Source: a virus
Lineage: Duplodnaviria; Heunggongvirae; Uroviricota; Caudoviricetes
Virus record (IMG/VR): IMGVR_UViG_3300011614_000002
Location: 1 to 64,000 of that record
Reading direction: 5' to 3' (one strand)
DNA: 64,000 nucleotides
In this document: piece after piece, positions 9,322-18,197 of the stretch
How positions within the stretch are numbered: the stretch's first letter is position 1
Layout: each line of letters begins with the position of its first letter
Translations under genes and position numbers: made by a program
Notes under the pieces: generated by a model
Seen by the model: only the letters and a program-made list of their open reading frames with translations
Told to the model about the DNA's origin: nothing
Database searches by the model: none

Positions 9322-9858
9322 GTGGAATACTTCACATATCCAGAGCTGCCCGATCGGCTGATTTTTCAATGCAGCCGGCATAAAGCCGCTCTTCAGGTCG
9401 AAGCCTGCAAGGGTATGTGGACCGAAGCAAACGGTCGGACGCCACCCGATCGCTTGGCCCTGTGCCGCAATTGCCCCCTGGGGGCGCAGCACGCTGGGCT
9501 ACAGTCGTTCCAAGTCTCCAAACTGAAAGGAACGGGAATCTGTTCGAGATGCCACCGCGGTGGCATGCGCCTGGTACGGCAAGACATCTGTGTCAGCTGC
9601 TGGAATCGTGAACGGGAAGTGCTGGTTGGCAGGAACGCCAAAGGCAAGCCCCCGAAGCATCACCAGCCAGTTGATCGCCGGACCATCCGCATTCTCAACG
9701 GGGAAGAGATCATCCTCGTAGAACGCCCCCACTCCACCAGCACCGACGAACTGATTGTCGCGGCTCTTCGCGACAGCACTCGCCAGGTGTTCTTCGGGTT
9801 CCAATCCAAGCGTCCTCCTGCTGCCGCGCAGGCTCCCATTCAGGGAAGCCTGTTCTAA
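9322..9858 (+). CDS. Cys-rich putative zinc-binding protein (178 aa, GTG start)
   Basis: CxxC pairs (CRNCP, CSRCH, CVSCW). GGAG Shine-Dalgarno 4 nt before the GTG. Confidence 0.45.
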   Translation: MEYFTYPELPDRLIFQCSRHKAALQVEACKGMWTEANGRTPPDRLALCRNCPLGAQHAGLQSFQVSKLKGTGICSRCHRGGMRLVRQDICVSCWNREREVLVGRNAKGKPPKHHQPVDRRTIRILNGEEIILVERPHSTSTDELIVAALRDSTRQVFFGFQSKRPPAAAQAPIQGSLF

Positions 9859-9879
9859 ACAGGAAAGGAGATTGACGTA

Positions 9880-10293
9880 GTGACTGTGCACCTTATATCC
9901 GACCGTTCTGATGTAACCGATTCCACAAAAAAAGGACCCGTCGCAGCCCTGCGCCTAGTACCCGCTCAGCCGGCCCCTGTTGCGGCCCCGCTGTGGCACA
10001 TGGAATCGCATGTTTGCCGTGTTTGTTTCGCCCGGATCGTCTCCCGCCCAACTGAAGCAGGCCTGGTCGAATACCAGTGCACCAACTGCGGTGCTCAGGC
10101 TGAAGCGGCCGAAGTTTCGACCCTGTGTGCCTGCGGCGTGAAGATCCGCAAGAGCAATGCCCAGGGCCGGCACGGTGGGCAACTGGTAGACGCTGGCATT
10201 CGGTGCATGGCCAATCCCAAGCCGACGCCTGAGTTCCCGTCCCTATTCGTGGCGACGGAAGTGCCCCAGGAACAGGTCGCCCGTCGCGCCTGA
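9880..10293 (+). CDS. zinc-ribbon protein (137 aa, GTG start)
   Basis: CRVC...CTNC...CAC motifs. AAGGAG Shine-Dalgarno 9 nt upstream. Confidence 0.45.
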   Translation: MTVHLISDRSDVTDSTKKGPVAALRLVPAQPAPVAAPLWHMESHVCRVCFARIVSRPTEAGLVEYQCTNCGAQAEAAEVSTLCACGVKIRKSNAQGRHGGQLVDAGIRCMANPKPTPEFPSLFVATEVPQEQVARRA

Positions 10294-10368
10294 CCTGCAA
10301 GCGCGCGGATCGGCTGGCCGCCCCAGCTGCCCCGCGCCGTCGTGCCCGCCCAACACTGAAGGTCCATC

Positions 10369-10743
10369 ATGCCGATCAACATCGTTCAGATCAGCGGCCC
10401 CGCCGCGTCCGGAAAAACTCTGCTTGCTGATGCAGTCGCGCTGGGAATGCGCGATCTCAACTACAAACACCTGCGGGCCAGCGGCAACTCCACCGCCCGG
10501 GGCATCGCCATGGAGATCCAGGCAGGCTCCTACCACACGATCATCGTCGACGACTGTTCCGAATCGCTGCTGGCCAAGCTGGCCGCCATCGATGTTCCCC
10601 AGCGGGTGACCATCTATGCGATCACCCAGAAGACGTTTTTGATACCGGCGCCCGAGCCCAAATTAGGGAATCTGATTGTTAGTCTGATGGCGAAGCGTCT
10701 GAAAGGCCTGCTATCACTGGGATCCTGGGGTCGCGCTGCCTGA
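10369..10743 (+). CDS. small P-loop protein (124 aa)
   Basis: Walker A-like GPAASGKT near the N-terminus. Confidence 0.5.
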   Translation: MPINIVQISGPAASGKTLLADAVALGMRDLNYKHLRASGNSTARGIAMEIQAGSYHTIIVDDCSESLLAKLAAIDVPQRVTIYAITQKTFLIPAPEPKLGNLIVSLMAKRLKGLLSLGSWGRAA

Positions 10744-10951
10744 TTCGGGCGCAAATAGGGCACAGATCGAAAATTCAGGCGGGGCGAGATGACGTCATCG
10801 TGACAACAAATCGCCGACGGGAGGTGGACACTGCCTCCTGGCCTGGGTTTACATACTGAGGCCAACCCGTACAATTCAGTAAGCCGTAGACAGGACTCAC
10901 CAGTTCACTGAGCTGGGGGTTGGCGCCCCGAGTCCTGCCTACGGCTTTTTC

Positions 10952-11869
10952 ATGGATCCCATAATGGATAACGTCGTCACCATCTCGCCGCTCGCCATCG
11001 GCGGACACGTCCTTCAGACGTGCAATGCACGCGACCTGCATGCCTACCTGGAAGTCGGCAAAGACTTCTCGACCTGGATCAAAGATCGAATCGATCAATA
11101 CGAATTCGTCCAGGACGTCGATTTCACTGTTGTGAATCCCGGTCCCCAAAACGGGGGAGCGGGCAACCGCGGCCAGAAGATCGAATATTTCCTGTCCCTG
11201 GACATGGCGAAGGAGCTCTCCATGGTGGAGCGCTCGGCCAAGGGCAAGGAAGCGCGCCGCTACTTCATCGACTGCGAACGCCAGGCACGTGAAGCCCTGG
11301 CCCAGCTCAGCGCCCCGCCGGCGCCGGACGTCGATGCCATCCAGAAGGCTGAAGCCATCATCGCCCAGCGCGACCTGGCGGTGGCCTATCACCTGAACGC
11401 GGCAAGCCTGCTCACCGGCAAGAACTTCCGCGCGGTGAAGCCGCCCAAGCCACGCACGCCCAAGGCACTGCCGGCGCCCGATGAGAAAACCCGCGTGGCG
11501 CTCGATGCGCTGCTGGCCAAGTCGCTAGAATTTCAGGGCGAGCAGAAGTCGCTGCGCGACCTGCTGCAGATCCTGGCCACCCCGGCCGGCGAGCAGGACC
11601 TGATGGTCCAGGGTTCGGTGGCCAACGCGCTGCGCGTGGCCGGTATCGTGGTAGAAGGCGCCCTGGTGCTGTTCGGTACTGGCGTGCCCTACCTGCAGGA
11701 AGTCGCGAACCAGCTGTTCGGCGACAAGCAGGGCCTGCGCCCCTTCCTGACTGCGATCCCTGGCGCCGTGCGTACCGACAAAACACAGTCGTTCGCCGGT
11801 GCTAAATCCAAGGTCGTGAAGGTTCCATTGGCTGCTCTGTTCCCAGCAGCCATTGAGACCACCGCTTGA
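10952..11869 (+). CDS. AntA/AntB-domain antirepressor-like protein with C-terminal module shared with the primase
   Basis: N-terminus ARDLHAYLEVGKDFSTWIKDRIDQYEFVQDVDF matches the AntA antirepressor domain. The C-terminus FGTGVPYL...DKTQSFAGAKSKVVKVPLA is paralogous to the primase C-terminus. Confidence 0.7.
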   Translation: MDPIMDNVVTISPLAIGGHVLQTCNARDLHAYLEVGKDFSTWIKDRIDQYEFVQDVDFTVVNPGPQNGGAGNRGQKIEYFLSLDMAKELSMVERSAKGKEARRYFIDCERQAREALAQLSAPPAPDVDAIQKAEAIIAQRDLAVAYHLNAASLLTGKNFRAVKPPKPRTPKALPAPDEKTRVALDALLAKSLEFQGEQKSLRDLLQILATPAGEQDLMVQGSVANALRVAGIVVEGALVLFGTGVPYLQEVANQLFGDKQGLRPFLTAIPGAVRTDKTQSFAGAKSKVVKVPLAALFPAAIETTA

Positions 11870-12237
11870 CCACCAGCCCCTCCAGCGTTGACCCGACCGT
11901 CTGCCTTGCAGATGGCCGGGTCGTCTCCCGCAACTCAGTCGAATGGCTCGTTGAATGCGACGCGCTTTTCGTTCTGCGCAAGCACCACGCCCACCGCCCC
12001 GCCTGCATGTTGCTCCGGCATGAAAAGCGCAGCACCGACGCTGTCGCTGCCCTGGAAGCGAAGATGCACGAAATCGAGCCGGCCTATGTGCTGGACTACC
12101 TGCCCAACTACACCCAGCGCCACGCCTATGTGGCCGAGGTCCGGCAGTATCGTGGCGACAACCCCGCCGATCACCTGGCAGCGCGGATCCGCGCCCTGAT
12201 CGCTGCCCGTGCCGCCGCTCTTCCGGCCGCCGCCTAA
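11866..12237 (+). CDS. hypothetical protein (123 aa, non-ATG start)
   Basis: ORF only; start is TTG. Confidence 0.3.
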   Translation: MTTSPSSVDPTVCLADGRVVSRNSVEWLVECDALFVLRKHHAHRPACMLLRHEKRSTDAVAALEAKMHEIEPAYVLDYLPNYTQRHAYVAEVRQYRGDNPADHLAARIRALIAARAAALPAAA

Positions 12238-12330
12238 AAATCCCTTCCTTTATATAGCTGCTCAGCAGGTCGTGACGCGATTGTCGTCTGACCGCGCCGG
12301 GCGGATCCCGGTACGTCCCTGGGATCCGCT

Positions 12331-12540
12331 ATGCGTTACCTGTCCGAACTGTCCGCCTTCCTGCGCCGCCTGGTAGCAGACGACCGCGATCTGCTGCTGA
12401 TGGCGGGCGTGAACATTGGCTTCTGCATCGCCGACGCCACCACCGGCAAGTGGGAACTGTTAGCACTCCACCTCGCCGTCGCCGCGTTCGTCTTGTTCTG
12501 CTGGGACAGCGCTGGCCGCAAGGTCAAGGAGCGGGCATGA
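12331..12540 (+). CDS. small membrane protein (69 aa)
   Basis: Hydrophobic helices. First of a chain of overlapping small ORFs. Confidence 0.45.
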   Translation: MRYLSELSAFLRRLVADDRDLLLMAGVNIGFCIADATTGKWELLALHLAVAAFVLFCWDSAGRKVKERA

Positions 12541-12656
12541 CTGATCCTCAAAAGCTGCTTCTGGTGGCCGGCCTTTACGTCGTCGCCCTGGCCCTGGTGC
12601 TTGCCTTCAACCGCGGCGCCCATCGTGGCGAAGCCCAGGAAGAGGACCGGAAATGA
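12537..12656 (+). CDS. small membrane protein (39 aa)
   Basis: ATGA-coupled. Contains TM helix LLLVAGLYVVALALVLAF. Confidence 0.4.
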   Translation: MTDPQKLLLVAGLYVVALALVLAFNRGAHRGEAQEEDRK

Positions 12657-12925
12657 AGCGTCTTGCCCTGATGGTGCTGCTGGCCGCGCTGGCCGGCTGC
12701 GGCGTTCCCCAGGAGACACCACGCACTGGCGCGGTGGCCCAAGAGCAGATTGACACCCCCGGCGCCGGCCGCGTTGTGGTGTTCCACGATGACCGTCGCT
12801 CGGTGACCTGCTGGGCCGGCAATGGATATGGCATCTCTACCATCGGCGGGCTTTCCTGTCTGCCGGACTGGCTACTGGTCCAGCCTTCAGCAGCGCGCCG
12901 CCCGATCCCGGCAGGTGCCCTGTGA
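12653..12925 (+). CDS. lipoprotein (90 aa)
   Basis: Signal peptide with lipobox LAGC. ATGA-coupled. Confidence 0.55.
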   Translation: MKRLALMVLLAALAGCGVPQETPRTGAVAQEQIDTPGAGRVVVFHDDRRSVTCWAGNGYGISTIGGLSCLPDWLLVQPSAARRPIPAGAL

Positions 12926-12939
12926 ACGGCTGGGAATTC

Positions 12940-13095
12940 ATGGGCACCCACTGGTTGCTGACCCTGGTGCTGCTCATCCTGGTACTGCGGACCGTGCGCT
13001 GGATCATCCGGCGCATTCTGCGCGCGATCTGCATCCTGGTGCGTGGCTGGCCAGCTCCGCCGCCGAGCCCACCAGCGCCTGGTGCTGACCAATGA
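12940..13095 (+). CDS. small membrane protein (51 aa)
   Basis: TM helix WLLTLVLLILVL followed by a basic cluster. A possible GTG start at 12922 overlaps the upstream stop. Confidence 0.4.
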   Translation: MGTHWLLTLVLLILVLRTVRWIIRRILRAICILVRGWPAPPPSPPAPGADQ

Positions 13096-13237
13096 AACCG
13101 GGCCGGGGATACAAGGTCCTCTGCGTCGCCTGGCGCCATACGGTCTGGGCCAGGGCCAGCACGGTGATGCGCCGCCTGGCCGATCCAGCGCTGTGCACCG
13201 GCCCGGATGGCCGCTTTACCCGCATTCGGTGGTCCTG

Positions 13238-13372
13238 ATGAACAAGGCCCTGAGCGTAGGGATTCGACTGATAGGGGCGCTGGTGCTCGCAGGGGTGGTA
13301 TTGCCCTTGGGTACCTGGCGCCTCAGCTACCAACGGCCGGCCTCGGCCCACTGTTCCTGGGGGAAGACATGA
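13238..13372 (+). CDS. small membrane protein (44 aa)
   Basis: TM helix IGALVLAGVVLPLG. TGATGA coupling with the preceding 48-aa ORF (13092..13238). Confidence 0.3.
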   Translation: MNKALSVGIRLIGALVLAGVVLPLGTWRLSYQRPASAHCSWGKT

Positions 13373-13596
13373 AACGACCGTGCGCCGACTGCCGCGGCTA
13401 TGAATTGGAGCGCCGGGGGTGCATTGCCTGCGCCGGCCTGGGAATGGTCGACCTGCAGAGCAAGCAGGATCCGAGTGAGACGCGCGCCGCCGGCGCGCAC
13501 CAGATGACGCCGGCGCAGCAGAGCATCGTTGATGCCCTGGTCGACCCCGCACCACGCGACACCTTGCAGTCCCTGCGCAGGTTCTACGGCGCGTAA
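13369..13596 (+). CDS. zinc-ribbon protein (75 aa)
   Basis: CADCRGYELERRGCIAC. GGGGGAAG Shine-Dalgarno. Confidence 0.45.
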   Translation: MKRPCADCRGYELERRGCIACAGLGMVDLQSKQDPSETRAAGAHQMTPAQQSIVDALVDPAPRDTLQSLRRFYGA

Positions 13597-13643
13597 GTCG
13601 TGACGACAGCATGGGCGCCTTGCTACCTACCCAAGGACGCCCC

Positions 13644-13883
13644 ATGCCACTGCTCCAGGCCTTGCTGGCCCTGATCCCCCGCTTCCAAACCGAGCGCTAC
13701 GCCGTCCGGCGGATCGGCTTCTCTGACCTCTTCGACCTGGTGGACCTGCAGACTCAGTGCGACTTGCTGGGCCTCCAATACGACGGCGTTGCCGACTACA
13801 CCAGCCTGCACTGGTGCGGCTTGCGATTCTTCGCCCGCCAGCGCGGCCCGATCCGTCCCCGCCTGTGGAGTGCTGCCGAATGA
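13644..13883 (+). CDS. hypothetical protein
   Basis: ORF; start chosen at the first ATG of the track ORF 13611..13883. Confidence 0.35.
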   Translation: MPLLQALLALIPRFQTERYAVRRIGFSDLFDLVDLQTQCDLLGLQYDGVADYTSLHWCGLRFFARQRGPIRPRLWSAAE

Positions 13884-14179
13884 CTCCGGTCCTGAAACCC
13901 AAGATGATGTGCCTGATCAAGGGCTATCTGAACTATCCCGGGAACCTGGGCCGCGGTTGCGAGCTGGTCCAGCTGCTGGAGCCAGGCGCGATGTGCACGC
14001 ACCCGCTGGATCCGGGAATCAGCATCGAGCTCAAGGAAGACCGCGCCGCCTGGGTGGTGACAGGTAGAGCTTTGACCTACGGCCAGGAGCGCGGCTGGAC
14101 GCTGGTGCTGCCAGAGCACCTGTTGCCGATCGACCAGTTGCCCCTGCACGAACTGCGCATGTTGGAGCCGTTGGCATGA
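13880..14179 (+). CDS. hypothetical protein (99 aa)
   Basis: ATGA-coupled ORF. Confidence 0.4.
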   Translation: MTPVLKPKMMCLIKGYLNYPGNLGRGCELVQLLEPGAMCTHPLDPGISIELKEDRAAWVVTGRALTYGQERGWTLVLPEHLLPIDQLPLHELRMLEPLA

Positions 14180-14889
14180 CCCGGTACCGCAAGCATGAGA
14201 TCAACACCGCCGGCCGTGACTTCGTTGTCGGTGACATCCACGGGCACTTCAATGCCCTGGACCGCCTGCTGGAGCTGACACGATTCGACCCCGAACAGGA
14301 TCGGCTATTCAGCGTCGGCGACCTGGTGGACCGCGGCCCTCAGTCCGACCGGGCGCTGGAGTTCTTGGCCAAGCCCTGGTTTCACGCGGTACGTGGCAAC
14401 CATGAGGACCTGATCATCCAGGCCCACAAGCATGGCGGCGATACTAAGCTGTCGATCGCCAACGGCGGCGCCTGGGCAGCGGCCATGCACTGGACCGAAG
14501 CCAGGGAGTACGCCGAGGCCTTCGACCAGCTGCCCTACGCCGCTGAAGTCTGGACGCCCCTGGGCCGGTTCGGCCTGGTCCACGCCGAGTGCCCGCATGC
14601 CAGCTGGGACGACTTCCGTGACGCGCTGCTGCAGGAGCGCCCGGCGACCAACGTCCATGATCTGACGATGCTGGAAAGCTGCGCGCTGTGGTCCCGATCC
14701 CGGGCGCACAGCCAGGACCTGACGCCGGTGATGGGCATCAGCAATGTGCTGGTGGGCCACACCCCAGTGCAGGACGTGGCCCAGCTGGGGAACGTGATCT
14801 ACCTCGACACCGGTGCGTGCTATGGCGGCCGCCTGACGCTGCTGTGCCTGATGGACATGAAGCTGCACTCCATCGCGGTGCAGGCATGA
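14176..14889 (+). CDS. Ser/Thr protein phosphatase, lambda PPase-like metallophosphatase
   Basis: Metallophosphatase motifs GDIHGH, GDLVDRG and RGNHE are present. Confidence 0.85.
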   Translation: MTRYRKHEINTAGRDFVVGDIHGHFNALDRLLELTRFDPEQDRLFSVGDLVDRGPQSDRALEFLAKPWFHAVRGNHEDLIIQAHKHGGDTKLSIANGGAWAAAMHWTEAREYAEAFDQLPYAAEVWTPLGRFGLVHAECPHASWDDFRDALLQERPATNVHDLTMLESCALWSRSRAHSQDLTPVMGISNVLVGHTPVQDVAQLGNVIYLDTGACYGGRLTLLCLMDMKLHSIAVQA

Positions 14890-15257
14890 TCCTGCTCGCC
14901 TGCGGTGGCCGCGACTACAACGACCGCGCGGCCGGCTGGCCGGTGCTCGATGCCGTGCACGCCAAGCGCCCTATCCAGTTGCTGATCCATGGCGCCGCCC
15001 CGGGCGCCGATCACCTGGCCGCGGCCTGGGCGATCGAGCGTGGCATTCCCGCCCTCGCCGTTCCCGCCAGATGGCACGACCTGGGCAATCGGGCCGGCCC
15101 CGATCGCAACCGGCGAATGCTCGAAGGCATCCTGGCCATGAAGCCGGACGGGGTGATCGCCTTCCCGGGTGGTCGCGGCACCAAGGACATGGTGCGCCAG
15201 GCGACCGCCGCCGGCGTGACCATCTACCACCCCTTCCCGCCCCGGTCTGACTCTTAG
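14886..15257 (+). CDS. DUF2493/SLOG-like nucleotide-binding protein (124 aa)
   Basis: Rossmann-like pattern ILLACGGRDYND ... IHGAAPGADHLAAAWA ... IAFPGGRGT. ATGA-coupled to the phosphatase. Confidence 0.45.
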   Translation: MILLACGGRDYNDRAAGWPVLDAVHAKRPIQLLIHGAAPGADHLAAAWAIERGIPALAVPARWHDLGNRAGPDRNRRMLEGILAMKPDGVIAFPGGRGTKDMVRQATAAGVTIYHPFPPRSDS

Positions 15258-15439
15258 TCTGGTCGCAATAGGCCAGGAATCCAGCAATGGCGCCATTTCT
15301 GTGGGCGCCTTGCTGTTTCGGGCGCAAATAGGGCGCCTCGTCGACCAACTCCCCTGCTTTCCTTTCCGGCAAGTCGTGACGCCAGGATCAGGCCACGGCG
15401 CCGATGAGCGTCGATTTTTTCGCCTACAAGGAAAGCACC

Positions 15440-15811
15440 ATGACCGATACCAACGCCACTCCCGTTGTCGCAGCTCCCGTTGTCGTCGCCACCCTGAGCG
15501 CCGGCGAGACCCGACAGCTGGACCACATCCATTCGTCCCTGCAGCAGAACGCTGCCGACTATCAGGTAGCCCTCCGCTTTCATCGCGCCCGCGAGATCGA
15601 ACTGCGTGGCGAAGAGAAGACCTGGTGGCAATCGATGGCCGAGGCGCATGGCATCGACATCTCCCAGGGCAATTACAAGGCCGAGCGTTCTGATGCAGGC
15701 ATCGTCATCGTGCAGATGACTGAAGCGGAAGTAGCCGAAGCCATGGCGCAGGCCGGCCAGAACGCGGCGCCGGTGGAACAGGCTGAAGTCGCCCAGGAGG
15801 CTGCTGCCTGA
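15440..15811 (+). CDS. acidic hypothetical protein
   Basis: AAGGAAAG Shine-Dalgarno 6 nt upstream of the ATG. Confidence 0.5.
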   Translation: MTDTNATPVVAAPVVVATLSAGETRQLDHIHSSLQQNAADYQVALRFHRAREIELRGEEKTWWQSMAEAHGIDISQGNYKAERSDAGIVIVQMTEAEVAEAMAQAGQNAAPVEQAEVAQEAAA

Positions 15812-16404
15812 TGAGCATCATCCTGACTGTCTTGCTGCTGGGCCTGACCGGCCTGGTCAGTTGGTACAACGCCAAGGTGTGCGGTAGCCACTGGGCCGAG
15901 GCGAAGGCGCTCGGTGGATTCCCGCGTGTGCTGATGTGGTGCGGCGCCATCCAGAGCGCCATCGGCTTCTCCATGCTGATCCTGCTGGTAGAGCTCGGCA
16001 TCGGCTTGGCCACGGGCTACATACCGGCGAAGGCTGCGAGCGCAGCAATGTCCCTCTGGTACCTGGCTGTGATCGTTCCGTGCATCGGCACCGGCCTGAT
16101 CATCACCATCCAGTCGTGGATCACTGCCTGCCGTGAGCGTAGCTGGGCCAACGCCGGGATCGCCGCCTACAACACCTTTGCCACCGGGATGAACATCTAC
16201 GACGCCGCCAATGGTGGCGTCAGTGAGGCGATCTCGAAGGTCAGCGATCTCTTCGGCGACGACGACAACCCGCTGGGCAAGGTCGTGCTGTTGCTGGTGG
16301 TGATCGCCATCGCCGGCGGTGCGATCGTCACCAGCTGGCTGATTGGCCGCTATGACCGGCAGGCGCGGATCGCCATTGCTCAGGAGCGCCAGGCCTCGGC
16401 CTGA
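15811..16404 (+). CDS. multi-pass membrane protein (197 aa)
   Basis: Four to five hydrophobic helices. Confidence 0.6.
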   Translation: MSIILTVLLLGLTGLVSWYNAKVCGSHWAEAKALGGFPRVLMWCGAIQSAIGFSMLILLVELGIGLATGYIPAKAASAAMSLWYLAVIVPCIGTGLIITIQSWITACRERSWANAGIAAYNTFATGMNIYDAANGGVSEAISKVSDLFGDDDNPLGKVVLLLVVIAIAGGAIVTSWLIGRYDRQARIAIAQERQASA

Positions 16405-16435
16405 CGCTTCACCCCAACTCGAAGAGCCGCCACCC

Positions 16436-17014
16436 ATGAATATTCGAACCCCTCGGATCGCTCTCGCCCTGTTGCTGCTGGGCCTGGGCGTCGCTTCAAC
16501 TGTCAGTGCCGCTACCGTGGCGCGGGCCAGTTTTTCACGTCCAGCATCCATCTCCAGGCCAGCGGCTACCACGGTCTATCGGCCAGCACCGGCGCCGGCG
16601 GCAGCGCCACTGACAAGCGCTGCAACCAGCAGTAACCGACCGGCAGTTACCGCACCGGCTAAACCGTCCGTGCCAGCGGAAGCACCGGCTGCAGCTGTGT
16701 CTGCCGCTCCAGCTCCGGCAGTCGTGCATACCCGGGAAGTCCGAACCGAAAGCAGCAGTTCTTCCTGGCTGATCCCCTGGCTGCTGTTCAGCAACTCCAG
16801 CCATAGTGCACCTGCACCTGCACCTGCACCAGCTGTCGCGCCAGCGCCAGCGCAGGTATCTGGAGCAGTCGCCGTACCATCCACCGGTGGCCAATCCCAG
16901 GAGCTCGCCCCATGCCAGAAGGCTGATCAGCCGTCTTGGCTGGATCGCCTGATGAGCGAAAAGCCTGCAGGTAAGCCTTGTGAGAAGGAGGAAACCAGTG
17001 GAAACCGTTTCTGA
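16436..17014 (+). CDS. secreted Ala/Pro-rich protein
   Basis: Signal peptide MNIRTPRIALALLLLGLGVASTVSAA. PAPAPA low-complexity region encoded by a GCACCT hexamer repeat. Confidence 0.5.
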   Translation: MNIRTPRIALALLLLGLGVASTVSAATVARASFSRPASISRPAATTVYRPAPAPAAAPLTSAATSSNRPAVTAPAKPSVPAEAPAAAVSAAPAPAVVHTREVRTESSSSSWLIPWLLFSNSSHSAPAPAPAPAVAPAPAQVSGAVAVPSTGGQSQELAPCQKADQPSWLDRLMSEKPAGKPCEKEETSGNRF

Positions 17015-17408
17015 GGCACCGGCAGTTACCGGAACTGAAAAGCTCTGGCTAGACGTCCCGGCGGGCGAGCAGCACCAATTCATGCCGACTGGCCCGGTGC
17101 GCGCGTCGCACGTCACCCTGTCTATGGACCTGTGGGACCAGATGCAGGCGCGTATCGAACGCCTGGACCGGCTGGAGGCCGGACGGATTGATCCCTTGCA
17201 GTTCGCTTTCTGGCTGCAGGGCTTCGCTGAACTGAACCCGGGGATCCTGGCGCCAACGCCGGGCCAGTGGACGATGATCGTCGAGCACTTGGCCAAGGTG
17301 TTCACCAAGGTCACCCCGCCAATGGGTAACGATGGGATCCAGCTTCGGCCCTACCAGATCCCCGAGACACCAGGCGACCATGGGTACATCGGCAGCGTCA
17401 CCTGCTGA
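16998..17408 (+). CDS. hypothetical protein (GTG start)
   Basis: AAGGAGG Shine-Dalgarno 7 nt upstream of the GTG. Confidence 0.45.
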   Translation: METVSEAPAVTGTEKLWLDVPAGEQHQFMPTGPVRASHVTLSMDLWDQMQARIERLDRLEAGRIDPLQFAFWLQGFAELNPGILAPTPGQWTMIVEHLAKVFTKVTPPMGNDGIQLRPYQIPETPGDHGYIGSVTC

Positions 17409-17606
17409 CGTCCTCTGATCCCTAGTCTGAGGCCCGGCCCCGCCAAACCCTGCTGTAGAGGGGTTTTCGCGGGGCCTTCTCATTTTCGGGCGCGGGTAGG
17501 GCGCCCAGGCGTGTGCCCAGGAACCGTCGGTAACGGCAAGCAGTTACCCCGGCGGTTACTGTCGTGACAGCACACTTTCGGCATCGACAACGCGCCGAGC
17601 AAGACC

Positions 17607-18197
17607 GTGCCAACCAAGAAGACCCCCACGACCACCCGCGCCGCTGCAGCCAAGCCTGCCGCCAAGAGCGCCACCGGCAAAGCCACTGGCGGCCGGCCTG
17701 CCGCGCTGAGCGTCCGGCAGAAGGTCGCGGCGCGCACCATGTACGAAACCGACCCGGCCATGAGCAAGGAGAAGCTGGCCAAGCACTTCGGCGTCTCCAA
17801 AGGCGTGATTGACCGGCTGTCCCTGGACGAAGGCTGGAACAAGGCCGAGAACGTGGCCGTCATGTCCGAAGCCGCCCAACACCTGGCCGACCGGGCTGGT
17901 AACGCGCTGCAGGTCATCGAAGGCGAAGCCACCGAAGAGAAGGTGGCCGAGGTCCAGCGCGACCTGAGCGCCGAGCATGGCGCCCAGCTGCGCGCCGACG
18001 TCCTGTCGCGTCACCGCAAGGAATGGCAGATCCCGCGCGTCCTGTCCCAGGAAGCCGTGCGCGACCGCAATTTCGAGCGGGCCAAGCTGGCCAAGATCAC
18101 CGCGGAGACGCTGAAGATTGTGCAGGAAGGCGAGCGCAAGGCCTGGGGTCTGGACCAGGGTGAATCGGGCAACACCTTCGTGATCGAGCGCGGCTGA
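17607..18197 (+). CDS. putative DNA-binding protein (basic N-terminus, HTH-like segment)
   Basis: Lys/Ala-rich N-terminus. The segment LAKHFGVSKGVIDRL is HTH-like. Confidence 0.45.
   Translation: MPTKKTPTTTRAAAAKPAAKSATGKATGGRPAALSVRQKVAARTMYETDPAMSKEKLAKHFGVSKGVIDRLSLDEGWNKAENVAVMSEAAQHLADRAGNALQVIEGEATEEKVAEVQRDLSAEHGAQLRADVLSRHRKEWQIPRVLSQEAVRDRNFERAKLAKITAETLKIVQEGERKAWGLDQGESGNTFVIERG

Noticed and set aside
16800-16860. GCACCT hexamer tandem repeat.
   Set aside because: It lies inside the coding sequence and encodes a PAPAPA linker in a secreted protein. It is not a non-coding microsatellite, although it could be length-variable.
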